NCBI RefSeq assembly: GCF_051903065.1
Contig: NZ_CP178438.1
From: Escherichia coli
Lineage (GTDB): Bacteria; Pseudomonadota; Gammaproteobacteria; Enterobacterales; Enterobacteriaceae
Length of the DNA stretch: 64,000 nucleotides
Strand: one strand, 5' to 3'
Positions 16,459 to 27,740 of this stretch are shown here, in pieces; within the stretch, counting starts at the first letter, position 1, and each line of letters begins with the position of its first letter. The position numbers and the translations under genes are program-made. The notes beneath the pieces are model-generated. The model did not search any database, had not been told where the DNA came from, and saw only the letters and a list, made by a program, of their open reading frames with translations.

Positions 16459-17817
16459 TCAGGAGTCTGGCATGCTGTTGTTTTTCACAAACAACGTCAG
16501 CTTATCGCCTGGTTGCAGATTCGCAGTATCGCTGTTCCAGCGCATCACATCTTTGATGTTCACGCCGTGGCGTTTAGCAATGCTTGAAAGCGAATCGCCT
16601 TTGCGCACACGATACGTAATGCTATCGCTGTTGTTTGCCAACCGCTGTGCGCTACTACCTGCGCCAATCGTCAGACTTTGGCCTGGTTTCAGCTTAGAGC
16701 CGCGCAGTTTGTTCCACTGCTGCAAATCTTTGGTGCTTACGCCGAGACGTGAAGCGATACTTGAAAGCGTGTCGCCAGAGCGTACGGTGTAAACACGGCT
16801 GTTAAGCGGCGTATTGTCGGCAACCAGCGTCGACTGTACAGCAGCAATTTCACCTGAAGCCAGAGATTCACGCAGTTGATCTGCATGCTTCTTTGGCACC
16901 ATCACGTACTGCGGACCACTTGCGCCCAGCGTGGAGCCTTTCACGCCAGCGTTGAATGTCTTCAGTTTGCTGACGGAAATCCCCGCCATATCTGCAACCT
17001 TCGCCATTTCAACCGGGCTGCTCAGGTGCACACGCGCCAGAGCACGGCTTTCATCGGTCGTTGGCAGACGTACGCCATAACGCTTGCTGTTTTTGAGAAT
17101 ATCACTCAATGCCAGCATTTTAGGCACGTACTGCTTCGTTTCCTGCGGCAACGGTAACGACCAGAAGTCCGTGGATTTCCCACGCGCTTTGTTCGTTTTA
17201 ATTGCCTTCATGACCCGACCTTCGCCACTGTTATAAGCCGCTACGGTCAGAAGCCAGTCGCCGTCAAACATTTTGTTCAGACGCTGCATCATATTCAGCG
17301 CGGCAGTTGTTGAAGCAACAACATCGCGACGCGCGTCATAATTGCGGGTCTGTTTCAAACCATAATTGCGCCCCGTGCTCGGAATGATCTGCCAGATGCC
17401 TGCGGCATTGGCGCCAGACGTTGCGTGAGGATCAAAAGCGCTCTCCACTATGGGTAGTAGTACCAGTTCCATAGGCATGTTACGTTTTTTAACTTGCCCG
17501 GCTATCCAGTACATATACGGCTCTGCCCGTAAAGTTACATCGTGGAGATAGCTCTTATTGCGTAAATATTTCTGTTTCTGTTCGCGAATCCGGTCATTTT
17601 CCGGAATTCCCATCTTTAGCTCGTCGCCAATGAAAGCCCACAAGTCACCATCTGGCGCGATAGACGTCCCATCGTCCATCCATCGTGCCTGACTTGTAAA
17701 CTTTGCTGCTTCCCCTTGACCAGCTGCAGAAAGGCTCTGTGCGTGCTGTTGTACGTTGCCGGTACTCTGGCAACCCACGAGCAGGACAGAGGCGAGTAAT
17801 ATCGCTTTTGCCTTCAT
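16459..17817 (-). CDS. mltD: Membrane-bound lytic murein transglycosylase D (SLT domain plus LysM repeats)
   Basis: 452-aa ORF with lipoprotein signal and repeated LysM-like segments at C-terminus. Confidence 0.9.
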   Translation of the reverse strand: MKAKAILLASVLLVGCQSTGNVQQHAQSLSAAGQGEAAKFTSQARWMDDGTSIAPDGDLWAFIGDELKMGIPENDRIREQKQKYLRNKSYLHDVTLRAEPYMYWIAGQVKKRNMPMELVLLPIVESAFDPHATSGANAAGIWQIIPSTGRNYGLKQTRNYDARRDVVASTTAALNMMQRLNKMFDGDWLLTVAAYNSGEGRVMKAIKTNKARGKSTDFWSLPLPQETKQYVPKMLALSDILKNSKRYGVRLPTTDESRALARVHLSSPVEMAKVADMAGISVSKLKTFNAGVKGSTLGASGPQYVMVPKKHADQLRESLASGEIAAVQSTLVADNTPLNSRVYTVRSGDTLSSIASRLGVSTKDLQQWNKLRGSKLKPGQSLTIGAGSSAQRLANNSDSITYRVRKGDSLSSIAKRHGVNIKDVMRWNSDTANLQPGDKLTLFVKNNSMPDS

Positions 17818-17888
17818 GTGTGTGTCAATAGTTGCTTAAAAGACGACCGATCATAACGGCGAACGGAGCCGATGACAAGAAAGTTTTA

Positions 17889-18647
<759 letters not shown>

Positions 18648-18677
18648 TTACCTCTCAGTGTGAAACGGAAGGTTGTG

Positions 18678-19400
18678 ATGAAACCGGCAAGAGTCCCTCA
18701 AACTGTCGTGGCTCCTGATCGCTGGGGCGATTTGCCCTGGGGAGAGCTTTATCGCAAGGCGCTGGAGCGCCAGCTCAACCCGTGGTTCACTAAAATGTAT
18801 GGTTTTCATCTGCTTAAGATTGGCAATTTAAGCGCAGAAATCAATTGCGAAGCGTGCGCGGTTTCTCATCAAGTGAATGTTTCTGCGCAAGGAATGCCTG
18901 TCCAGGTGCAGGCGGACCCACTTCATCTTCCTTTTGCCGATAAATCCGTTGATGTTTGTCTACTGGCACATACATTGCCGTGGTGCACCGATCCGCATCG
19001 TTTATTGCGTGAAGCCGATCGGGTATTGATTGATGATGGCTGGCTGGTCATTAGTGGCTTCAATCCCATTAGTTTAATGGGATTACGCAAACTTGTGCCG
19101 GTATTGCGCAAAACCTCGCCCTATAACAGCCGGATGTTTACTCTGATGCGGCAACTGGACTGGCTCTCTTTGTTGAATTTTGAAGTGCTACACGCCAGCC
19201 GTTTCCACGTTCTCCCATGGAACAAACACGGAGGAAAACTTTTGAATGCGCATATTCCTGCGCTTGGTTGCTTACAACTTATTGTTGCCCGGAAACGGAC
19301 TATTCCTTTAACGCTAAATCCGATGAAACAGAGTAAAAACAAGCCACGAATTCGCCAGGCGGTTGGAGCCACCCGGCAATGTCGTAAACCACAGGCTTAA
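18678..19400 (+). CDS. yafS: SAM-dependent methyltransferase YafS (start at second Met of ORF 18660..19400)
   Basis: ORF track 246 aa; divergent from gloB. Confidence 0.75.
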
Positions 19401-19864
19401 ACTTCGACTTGGTAGCCCGTATCTTCCAGTGTGGGATTCATCGCCGCGGCACGAGCCAGTTCATCACAGCGTTCGTTTTCCGGGTGTCCGGCATGGCCTT
19501 TAACCCATTCCCATTTGATTTGATGCTGCCCCAGCGCAGCATCAAGACGTTGCCAGAGATCGACATTTTTAACTGGTTTTTTGTCTGCTGTTTTCCAGCC
19601 ACGTTTTTTCCAGTTATGGATCCACTGGGTGATACCCTGGCGGACATACTGGCTGTCGGTACTCAAAATGACTTCGCAATGTTCTTTTAACGCCTCCAGC
19701 GCGACAATAGCGGCCATCAACTCCATACGGTTGTTGGTGGTGCGGGTGTAGCCTGCGCTAAAGGTTTTCTCGCGTCCGCGATAGCGTAAAATAGCGCCGT
19801 AACCCCCAGGTCCAGGATTACCCAGACACGAACCATCGGTGAAAATTTCTACCTGTTTAAGCAT
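19397..19864 (-). CDS. rnhA: Ribonuclease HI (155 aa); ORF-track start 19975 is an extension
   Basis: Protein begins [23 protein letters not shown]; divergent from dnaQ. Confidence 0.9.
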
Positions 19865-19928
19865 CTCTGGTAGACTTCCTGTAATTGAATCGAACTGTAA
19901 AACGACAAGTCTGACATAAATGACCGCT

Positions 19929-20660
19929 ATGAGCACTGCAATTACACGCCAGATCGTTCTCGATACCGAAACCACCGGTATGAACCAGATTGGTGCGCAC
20001 TATGAAGGCCACAAGATCATTGAGATTGGTGCCGTTGAAGTGGTGAACCGTCGCCTGACGGGCAATAACTTCCATGTTTATCTCAAACCCGATCGGCTGG
20101 TGGATCCGGAAGCCTTTGGCGTACATGGTATTGCCGATGAATTTTTGCTCGATAAGCCCACGTTTGCCGAAGTAGCCGATGAGTTCATGGACTATATCCG
20201 CGGCGCGGAGTTGGTGATCCATAACGCAGCGTTCGATATCGGCTTTATGGACTACGAGTTCTCGTTGCTCAAGCGCGATATTCCGAAGACTAATACCTTC
20301 TGTAAGGTCACCGATAGTCTTGCGGTGGCGAGGAAAATGTTTCCCGGTAAACGCAACAGCCTCGATGCGTTATGTGCCCGCTACGAAATAGATAACAGTA
20401 AACGAACGCTGCACGGGGCATTACTCGATGCCCAGATCCTTGCGGAAGTTTATCTGGCGATGACCGGTGGTCAAACGTCGATGGCTTTTGCTATGGAAGG
20501 AGAGACACAGCAGCAACAAGGTGAAGCAACAATTCAGCGCATTGTACGTCAAGCAAGTAAGTTACGCGTTGTTTTTGCGACAGATGAAGAGCTTGCAGCA
20601 CATGAAGCCCGTCTCGATCTGGTGCAGAAGAAAGGCGGAAGCTGCCTCTGGCGAGCATAA
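19929..20660 (+). CDS. dnaQ: DNA polymerase III epsilon subunit (3'-5' proofreading exonuclease)
   Basis: Begins [20 protein letters not shown] (Exo I motif). Confidence 0.9.
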
Positions 20661-20792
20661 ATACCTGTGAAAGGCGCTAAAAATAGCGACTTGGGTGATT
20701 TTTGCAGCAAACGATTCAAAAGATGAGAAAAACCATTGACGACGGGTGAGGCAATCCGTAATATTCGCCTCGTTCCCAACGGAACACAACGC

Positions 20793-20869
20793 GGAGCGGT
20801 AGTTCAGTCGGTTAGAATACCTGCCTGTCACGCAGGGGGTCGCGGGTTCGAGTCCCGTCCGTTCCGCCA
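20793..20869 (+). tRNA. aspV: tRNA-Asp (GUC); left boundary of the T6SS island region
   Basis: Identical to the rrn-distal tRNA-Asp sequence at 12569..12645. Confidence 0.95.
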
Positions 20870-20900
20870 AATTCACCTCATGAAAATGAGGTTCAGAGAA

Positions 20901-20930
20901 CCGCAAGATTTTTAATTTTGCGGTTTTTTG
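20901..20930 (+). terminator. Putative terminator after aspV
   Basis: ACCGCAA-GATTTTTAATTT-TGCGGTTTTTTG hairpin with T-run. Confidence 0.45.
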
Positions 20931-21199
20931 CATTTAAATCCCGCTATTTCTTCGGTCTATGATTTTGTTATGCTGTAAATGTGTTAATCACATATGGTAG
21001 ACCATATCATTAATATTTAATCATACTATCGAATCATTCAATTTAAATATATTTGCATGTTATGATTTTCATTTTTCTATTGATTTAGTGAATTTATATT
21101 TGCTGTTATTTTTGTTTGTTCTGATTCAAGTGGAGTATATAATTAAAAATCGTTAGCTAAACATTACCATGATTATGACAGGCGAGGGAGTGTCCGATT

Positions 21200-21985
21200 A
21201 TGAATTTAAGAAGGGTTTGTTGTATATGTGTATTATTCTCGCTGCTTGCAGGATGTGCCTCTGAATCTCCTATTGATGAAAAAAAGAAAAAAACTCAAAC
21301 CGCACAAAGTTCTATTAATAAAAACGTTCCCCAGCAACTAACAGACAAAGATTTATATGGTAATGAAACCACACTGGCTGTATCCGAGGAGGATATTCAA
21401 GCTGCGCTTGAAGGAGATGAGTTTCGTGTGCCTCTTAATTCTCCCGTTATACTTGTTCAGTCTGGCAGTCGCGCACCGGAAACCATTATGCAGGAGGAGA
21501 TGAGAAAATATTATACAGTTGCCACATTTTCTGGCATTCCTGACAGGCAAAAACCTGTAACTTGTAATAAAGACAAAAACAAAGATGAAAGTCTGGATGT
21601 TGTAGATGCCGAAAATATGAACTGGATGCAGGCATTACGTTTTGTTGCGGCAAAAGGCCATCAGAAAGCGATTATTGTTTTCCAGGATACGTTGCAGACA
21701 GGAAAATATGACTCTGGATTGAAATCAATAGTTTGGTCAGATTATAAAAATCAAAAATTGACTGACACGATGTCACTGCGTTATTTGGTTCGATTCACGC
21801 TGGTGGATGTGGCTACAGGTGAGTGGGCTACCTGGTCGCCTGTGAATTATGAATCGAAAGTGATTTTTCCGCAGATAGGGAATAAAAATTCTGACAGCCT
21901 TGATGTGGCAGAACAGCAGATTTCACAACTTAAGCAGAAAACGTACGCAGCAGTGGTTAAAGATCTGGTGAATCGCTATCAGTAG
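21200..21985 (+). CDS. yafT: Lipoprotein YafT
   Basis: 261-aa ORF with lipobox LLAGCAS; AT-rich; follows aspV as in K-12. Confidence 0.75.
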   Translation: MNLRRVCCICVLFSLLAGCASESPIDEKKKKTQTAQSSINKNVPQQLTDKDLYGNETTLAVSEEDIQAALEGDEFRVPLNSPVILVQSGSRAPETIMQEEMRKYYTVATFSGIPDRQKPVTCNKDKNKDESLDVVDAENMNWMQALRFVAAKGHQKAIIVFQDTLQTGKYDSGLKSIVWSDYKNQKLTDTMSLRYLVRFTLVDVATGEWATWSPVNYESKVIFPQIGNKNSDSLDVAEQQISQLKQKTYAAVVKDLVNRYQ

Positions 21986-22209
21986 TAAGGTTTTATACCA
22001 GACGTTTTAATGGTACTTAGCAAGAAAGAGCATTTTCTTTTCTATTTATACTCTGGTTCAAGTCTGCTAATTAATTTTACATATATATTTTTTTAGAAGT
22101 AGTAAAAAACTTTACTAAAGTTATTTATTGTTCTCTCAACATATAAGCTGTAGTTCGAGTTTTCGGTTGAACTGTCAAAAATACATCATACACATCTATA
22201 AAACAGCAG

Positions 22210-22266
22210 GTACGGTTAATTAAGAATTTTTATTCGTGATTAACCGTACTTTATCATTTTATTTTA
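22210..22266. terminator. Putative terminator between yafT and convergent hcp
   Basis: Perfect 11-bp stem GTACGGTTAAT / ATTAACCGTAC followed by a T-rich run. Confidence 0.4.
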
Positions 22267-22326
22267 TAATGTTAAATTGCCTTTTTAAAATATAACAATA
22301 ATGCAGATGAAAAACTCCCAGGTAAC

Positions 22327-22806
22327 TTAGAAAATCCGTTCACTCCAAAGGCTGTACGCACTGGTTCCGGCGACGCTGTGCTCCCAGTTGATACTCTCAT
22401 AGGTAAATGACACAGACTCTTCCGGCTGTCCTGGGCTGTCGTTAATGGTATGGGGAACGGTAAGGCCGATGTTTGAGATCCGGGCGTTAGTCAGTTTCAC
22501 CTTGTAGTACGGTTCATTAACACCAAAGCGGTTGGTGCGATAGAATACAAAATCACAGGTCAGACATTCATTCTCCGAAATGGCCTTGCCCAGCAGGGGG
22601 GAAGATTTGTCCACCGGTTTCGTGATGGTCAGCTCCTGGTGGTTGACATTCTGCGCCCGGCTCAGACCATGGGACAGTGACGTCACCATGATCTGATCCT
22701 GATGTGCAATCTGGGCTTTGTTACCGATGGACGGCATTGACGAGCATCCGGATGAAATCAGCCCCTGAAGTTCTCCGTTCAGTGTCAGATAGACGGGATT
22801 TGCCAT
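22327..22806 (-). CDS. hcp: T6SS tube protein Hcp (TssD), 159 aa; last gene of the minus-strand core operon
   Basis: Real start MANPVYLTLNGELQGL with RBS AAGGAGAA; ORF-track entry 22327..23193 is an upstream extension; Hcp-like VDKSSPLL segment. Confidence 0.8.
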   Translation of the reverse strand: MANPVYLTLNGELQGLISSGCSSMPSIGNKAQIAHQDQIMVTSLSHGLSRAQNVNHQELTITKPVDKSSPLLGKAISENECLTCDFVFYRTNRFGVNEPYYKVKLTNARISNIGLTVPHTINDSPGQPEESVSFTYESINWEHSVAGTSAYSLWSERIF

Positions 22807-22823
22807 TGTTATTCTCCTTAAAC

Positions 22824-24185
22824 TCAATGAGTCGGAGGGACTGGCACGGTGCTGTTGTCCGTTGCCATATCCTGTCCGGTATTTTTCAGCAACAGCCAGC
22901 AGCTTAACAGCCCATCCAGCCGTTGGTTGATCTCTTTTGCTAGCGCCTGTGTGTCCTGATTCTGCGTGCGGGTCTCCTGGTACTGCGTCAGCATGTACTC
23001 CAGTGGAGTTTCCTGATTCAGTAACCGTTCGGCCTGCCAGGTCACCGTTTTGATATACGAGAGGGTGAAACCCTGTTTCTCCGTCTCCTTTTTCATCATC
23101 AGATCCGCAAAATCCCGCAAATTCTGCCGCGCCTGTTGCCAGCCCTTCATCTGCGGACTGGCTTGCGCCCGGTTTCTCAGCGTGGTGCTCCACATCCGGC
23201 TGGCTTCCTGCTGTTGCAGGCTTTCCGGCCAGAGGGTGTCTGCGGTGCGCATCATCTGCATTCCGGTTTCCAGCGGCTGTAGCGGTGGGGTATTCAGAAG
23301 CTGTTGCAGGTTCTGTTCATATTCTTTCAGTACCGGTGATGCCAGCCAGACGGTGGCTGCTCCCTGTGTGGTATCCCTGACCTTTGTAAGCTGCCGCTGC
23401 ATCGGGTACGTCTGCCACCACCAGAGTGCAGCAGCGATAACGGCAGTACAGGCGGCACCGGCAACAAAACCTTTTACCGTGTCGCCCTGTTTTGCTTTGT
23501 CGGCGTTATCTGCCACTCCGCGCACCTCCACCCGCATTTCCGGCAGGTCGGGTAGGGGGGGGATGGTTTCCGCTGTGGCGGAAGCCGTGCCTTCAGGCGC
23601 ATAGACCAGCGTTCTGACCATGGTCTGTGCCGCCGTAGCAGTACGGTTTCTGGGCTGCGGCTCAAACCGCTTGCGTGTGTTCTGCACAAAATAAAGCAGA
23701 TTTTCCACGCGCGGTTGGCGCTTCAGTTCCACCTGCTGGAGTTTGTCGCAGATAAGCTGCAAAGCCCGTTCCGTGCGGTAGAGCAACGAAAGATCATTTT
23801 CGGAAAAGGAAACCTGCTGGCGCAGGATATTCCCGGTGCGGGTGTTGAACCAGTCCAGCATCTCAGTCCTCGCCGGGCCACTTTGCGGCCAGAATTTATC
23901 CCATTCGTGGGTGATCATCGCAGCTAGCAGTTCCGCGCCTTCACAGAACCCTGCCAGTCCCTGATTACGTGTACGTGCCAGCGTATAGTAGGTGGCGGTA
24001 TGCAAATCCACCCCGTTGGCCTTAAAAATTGACAGCGCCAGCGATTCCACCAGTTTCCAGTTCAGCTCCGGCTGTGACGGGTGGTTAGCTTTGTTAATTT
24101 CTTCGCGGATGGCGCTGAACTCCGGCAGGGTACGCGGATCGCTGCCGGTAACGATAGTTTGTGTCAGTACATTGTTGCTCATCAC
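22824..24185 (-). CDS. VasL-like T6SS accessory protein (ImpA N-terminal domain plus one predicted TM helix)
   Basis: 453-aa ORF; ImpA_N-like N-terminus (DPRTLPEFSAIREEINK); hydrophobic segment GFVAGAACTAVIAAALWWW; downstream of tssM as in V. cholerae vasL. Confidence 0.6.
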   Translation of the reverse strand: MMSNNVLTQTIVTGSDPRTLPEFSAIREEINKANHPSQPELNWKLVESLALSIFKANGVDLHTATYYTLARTRNQGLAGFCEGAELLAAMITHEWDKFWPQSGPARTEMLDWFNTRTGNILRQQVSFSENDLSLLYRTERALQLICDKLQQVELKRQPRVENLLYFVQNTRKRFEPQPRNRTATAAQTMVRTLVYAPEGTASATAETIPPLPDLPEMRVEVRGVADNADKAKQGDTVKGFVAGAACTAVIAAALWWWQTYPMQRQLTKVRDTTQGAATVWLASPVLKEYEQNLQQLLNTPPLQPLETGMQMMRTADTLWPESLQQQEASRMWSTTLRNRAQASPQMKGWQQARQNLRDFADLMMKKETEKQGFTLSYIKTVTWQAERLLNQETPLEYMLTQYQETRTQNQDTQALAKEINQRLDGLLSCWLLLKNTGQDMATDNSTVPVPPTH

Positions 24186-24193
24186 TAACCCCC

Positions 24194-27100
24194 TTAATAC
24201 AACGTATCCGGTAAACGGAATTGGCTGAACAGACCACCGGTGAACGGGTTATCTTCGGTATCCACATGCACCCGATAAACCATCGCGCCGCCGTCCACGT
24301 TAAAGCGCACGTTAAAGGTGTCACTGGTCACGTTGGTCAACTGGCCCGCGCCGAACAGGCGGAACTGCGCCCACGGTCCACTGAAAGCGATACTGCGCGG
24401 TGCTCCACCGCTGGTGCCAACCAGCGTCAGCTTGCTTTCATTGCCTTCACGCATGTTGTTTGGCCAGACCAGATGGGCGGTGTAGTTGCGTCCCTGGCTG
24501 TAGTCCACTAACTGGCCGTCCAGGTTAAGTACGCTGCGCCGCTTATTGCCGGAAAGCGATACGGTTTCCACGGCAAACTGTGCGCCCAGTCCGTTCTGCT
24601 GGCTAAAGAAGATGTCGCGGATTTTCTGTGCGGTATCCAGTTGTTGCCGGATATCTTCACGGATCAGCACTCTGCCGTCGTCGCCAAAGGTCAGATCGTT
24701 TTCCAGGAACAGTCGCAGGTTGTCCCTGTAGAACGTGTCCAGAATGCCATCCGGTTTAAAGAAGCGCTCAAACGCATCCAGTGAGGCATCCTGTGGGGCG
24801 CGTGGATTAAACGGATAGTTACCGGCAAGCTGTTCGTTGAAGGGTTTCACCACATTGTCGCGCCAGTCCACTTCCATGTAATGAACGGCTTCCACCATCA
24901 CCACATGCCAGGCCTGATCCGCCAGCTTGCCCACCCAGCGGTTAAGCGGCGCAGGCAGGGTTTTTGCCATCTGGCGGGTGGCGAAGATTGGATCGCTGCT
25001 GTTTTGATCCAGACGTAGCTGTACTGCTTTCAGCGCCGATTTCCCCGGCACTGGCGAGTTCTGGATCGCCAGCAGGTAACGGTGCAGCTCGGTCAGTTGC
25101 TGGTACACGGCCTGTAGCGTACTGGCCTTGTCCTTTTGCTCCTCCAGTGCGCTGTTTTCCGGTGCGAACTCATGCCCCAGCCGGGACAACAGGCGGTAAT
25201 CCATCTCATTTATCGCCGCTTCCCGCGCCTTATCGTCCAGTTTGCCGGAGAGCGTCAGCGCGTGGGTATTATCGCGCAGCGCCGTCAGCGCACGCTGGAA
25301 TGGCTGATCGCCGCTGATAATCTGCTCCAGCGCGTCGGTCAGCTCCGGCATGGCCTCATAGTCACGGACGTTGAGGTTATCCATTCCGGCACGCCAGGTG
25401 GCGGTATAGTCACTGAGGTACTGTTCAGTGATATGGCGCTGGATCTCTTCACGGTCGGCCTCGCTGTAGGCGACGCTTTGCGTCAGGCTCAGCACCCACG
25501 AATCCAGCGCGGTCAGCTCAACGAGGCCGTCATGTTGTTTGACAAAATAGCTTTGCAGGCCATAGCGGGTGAGAAACTGCGGGATCACCAGTTTTTCATC
25601 ATTACCGGCGACGAACACGTTGTCGAAGGTGGGACCAACCTGGTCGCGTAAATTCAAATCGGCGGGCAACACGCTTAATGCTTTGGTGCGCAGGGTCTGG
25701 TAGACACGCTGGTATATGGGCAGCTTGCTCAGTTCATGTTGCGCATTAATGACCGGTTTATCATAGGGTGTCCAGCGGCTGACAGCATCGCTGTCGCCGC
25801 TCTGGCGCTGCGCGTGCCAGTCGGTGTGCTCGAGCGCATAGTCCAGATGCGCCATCAGTTGCGCCTGAATATCACGCTGGCCGTGAAATTCATTGCTCCA
25901 GCGCCGCGCCATGTACTGTTTTACCGCCTCGTTATTGCGCCCACTTTTGTCTTCCATCATGCGCAGTACGCGCAGCACGGCGAGCTTTTCTTCGCTCTCT
26001 GGCGGGGCATTGTTCAGATCCCGGATCAGGCCGTTCATTAATGAGGGGAGATAACGCTGCTCAAGAAGCTGAATGTAGGTTTGCTCCACATACGGCCCTA
26101 CGCGGACGCCCTGGTACAATCCCATATCCGCCAGAAAACCGTGATCGCGGTAATCGCCATAGGCTAGGGTGGCATCGCGTACCGGATTAAGCAACGGCAG
26201 TTGCAGATTGCCAAATTCATCCGTTCCCTGCGGTGGTGGTACGTCCATAAAGGCTTTAGCCTGCGCCAGTACGTTAACGCCGGACTGCCAGTTCTGGTTG
26301 TAATAATGGTGCCAGCTTCCGACCAGCAATGCCGCCAGCGCCGCGCCACAGGCGGAAAAGGCGGTCAGCCTGCGCCGGGAGCTGCTCAGCCAGACGCTGT
26401 TTTCACCCGCCAGGTTCGGCTCAGCCAGCAGGACTTCAGGGAAGAGGCGGCGGGTGAAATAGGGCGTCGTCTCCACCAGAGGCCAGGTTGCCAGCGAGCT
26501 GTTGCCCAGCCCGTACTGGCGGGCGGCAGACTGCGTGAAAATATCATCCACCTGGCCGCGCTGTAGCGAGGATGTGAGCCAGACGCCGCGCAGCATCACG
26601 TCCATGTTCTCACCGTCCAGCAATGCGGCGAGCAGTGCGGTGACGATTTCTCCCGTTCCCTGCATCTGACGGGAGAAGCTGAACACGGCGCTGCGCAGTG
26701 CTGCACCGGTCTGCACGAGCATCAGGTCTGACAGGGCCAGGTTCATCTGTTGTCCCCAGGTCTGCCAGAAGGTGCTCAGCTCGCTGCGCCAGTCATCGTT
26801 TTCATGAGCGCGGCGGGTAAACGTGACGCCGAGGATCGCATCGCGGTCTTTTTTATCCAGCGAATGGAACAGCGCGGCAAAGCCGGTCAGTAGATCCAGC
26901 CGGGTCAGCACCACATAAACGGGCAACCGGCAGTGCAGGCACTGGCGAATTTCCTGAAGTTGCTGACGCAGATTTTGTACCAGTGCTTCGCGACGGGGTT
27001 TATCCGCGGTCAGCAGATCGGGAAGATCGAGCGTCAGGATCAGACCGTTGAGCGGCTGGCGTGCGCGCGTTTGCATCAGCCAGCCCAGCCAGTGTTCGCG

Positions 27101-27721
27101 CAGGCGGCGGTGGAGCAGATCATCCCCTCCGGGGGAGGTCAGTACGCCGTCAACATCGAAAATTACCGCCTGGTTGCCCACTCGCGGTGTGATCAGCGGA
27201 TGGTATTCCACACCCCGGATGCTTTCCGGCGTGTAAATAATGTCAGACGGAAAGCCCTCGCGCAGCAGCGTGCTTTTGCCGCTCCCCGCAGGACCAATGA
27301 CCATATACCACGGCAGTTGCCACAGATAGCGGTGGTTATCTAGATGGCGGCGCAGGCGCAGCAGCCAGTGATCCAGATATTGCTGCTGGCGGTGGAGTTG
27401 CACGGTCAGCGGATCTTTTTCTTCCTCCCGCTGCTGTTTCTGCTGTTTTTCCAGCTTTTGCAGACGCTTCATTACCCGCCAGGTGAGCCAGATCAGAGCG
27501 GTAAGTCCCCAGACGGCAGTCGCAAGCCAGCGGTTTGCCAGGGGAGCCAGCCAGTGCTGCTCATAGAGCGTCCATTTCGGACCCTGCCACCAGATCCATA
27601 CCAGCAGAAAAAACCATGCCAGCATCAGTAGCCAGGTGGCGGAAAATTTAAACTGCGGCATCGCTGGCCTGAGCGCAGATTTCAACGTGCTGAACAGTCG
27701 GGATGTGGGAAATTTGAACAC
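24194..27721 (-). CDS. tssM: T6SS membrane complex protein TssM (IcmF family); start codon uncertain
   Basis: 1175-aa ORF; N-terminal TM helices; Walker A GPAGSGKST; IcmF-like size. Confidence 0.85.
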   Translation of the reverse strand: MFKFPTSRLFSTLKSALRPAMPQFKFSATWLLMLAWFFLLVWIWWQGPKWTLYEQHWLAPLANRWLATAVWGLTALIWLTWRVMKRLQKLEKQQKQQREEEKDPLTVQLHRQQQYLDHWLLRLRRHLDNHRYLWQLPWYMVIGPAGSGKSTLLREGFPSDIIYTPESIRGVEYHPLITPRVGNQAVIFDVDGVLTSPGGDDLLHRRLREHWLGWLMQTRARQPLNGLILTLDLPDLLTADKPRREALVQNLRQQLQEIRQCLHCRLPVYVVLTRLDLLTGFAALFHSLDKKDRDAILGVTFTRRAHENDDWRSELSTFWQTWGQQMNLALSDLMLVQTGAALRSAVFSFSRQMQGTGEIVTALLAALLDGENMDVMLRGVWLTSSLQRGQVDDIFTQSAARQYGLGNSSLATWPLVETTPYFTRRLFPEVLLAEPNLAGENSVWLSSSRRRLTAFSACGAALAALLVGSWHHYYNQNWQSGVNVLAQAKAFMDVPPPQGTDEFGNLQLPLLNPVRDATLAYGDYRDHGFLADMGLYQGVRVGPYVEQTYIQLLEQRYLPSLMNGLIRDLNNAPPESEEKLAVLRVLRMMEDKSGRNNEAVKQYMARRWSNEFHGQRDIQAQLMAHLDYALEHTDWHAQRQSGDSDAVSRWTPYDKPVINAQHELSKLPIYQRVYQTLRTKALSVLPADLNLRDQVGPTFDNVFVAGNDEKLVIPQFLTRYGLQSYFVKQHDGLVELTALDSWVLSLTQSVAYSEADREEIQRHITEQYLSDYTATWRAGMDNLNVRDYEAMPELTDALEQIISGDQPFQRALTALRDNTHALTLSGKLDDKAREAAINEMDYRLLSRLGHEFAPENSALEEQKDKASTLQAVYQQLTELHRYLLAIQNSPVPGKSALKAVQLRLDQNSSDPIFATRQMAKTLPAPLNRWVGKLADQAWHVVMVEAVHYMEVDWRDNVVKPFNEQLAGNYPFNPRAPQDASLDAFERFFKPDGILDTFYRDNLRLFLENDLTFGDDGRVLIREDIRQQLDTAQKIRDIFFSQQNGLGAQFAVETVSLSGNKRRSVLNLDGQLVDYSQGRNYTAHLVWPNNMREGNESKLTLVGTSGGAPRSIAFSGPWAQFRLFGAGQLTNVTSDTFNVRFNVDGGAMVYRVHVDTEDNPFTGGLFSQFRLPDTLY

Positions 27722-27740
27722 AGTAACTCCTTGTTATCTT

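Noticed and set aside
20870-22326. Integrase or attachment site expected for a tRNA-linked island next to aspV
   Set aside because: No integrase-like ORF or obvious direct repeat of the tRNA 3' end was found; the interval holds only yafT and AT-rich intergenic DNA.
22807-23193. Upstream 129-codon extension of the minus-strand hcp ORF (ORF track 22327..23193, 288 aa)
   Set aside because: The extension overlaps the 3' end of the vasL-like gene in another frame and has no Hcp similarity; a proper RBS and the Hcp-like N-terminus begin at 22806.
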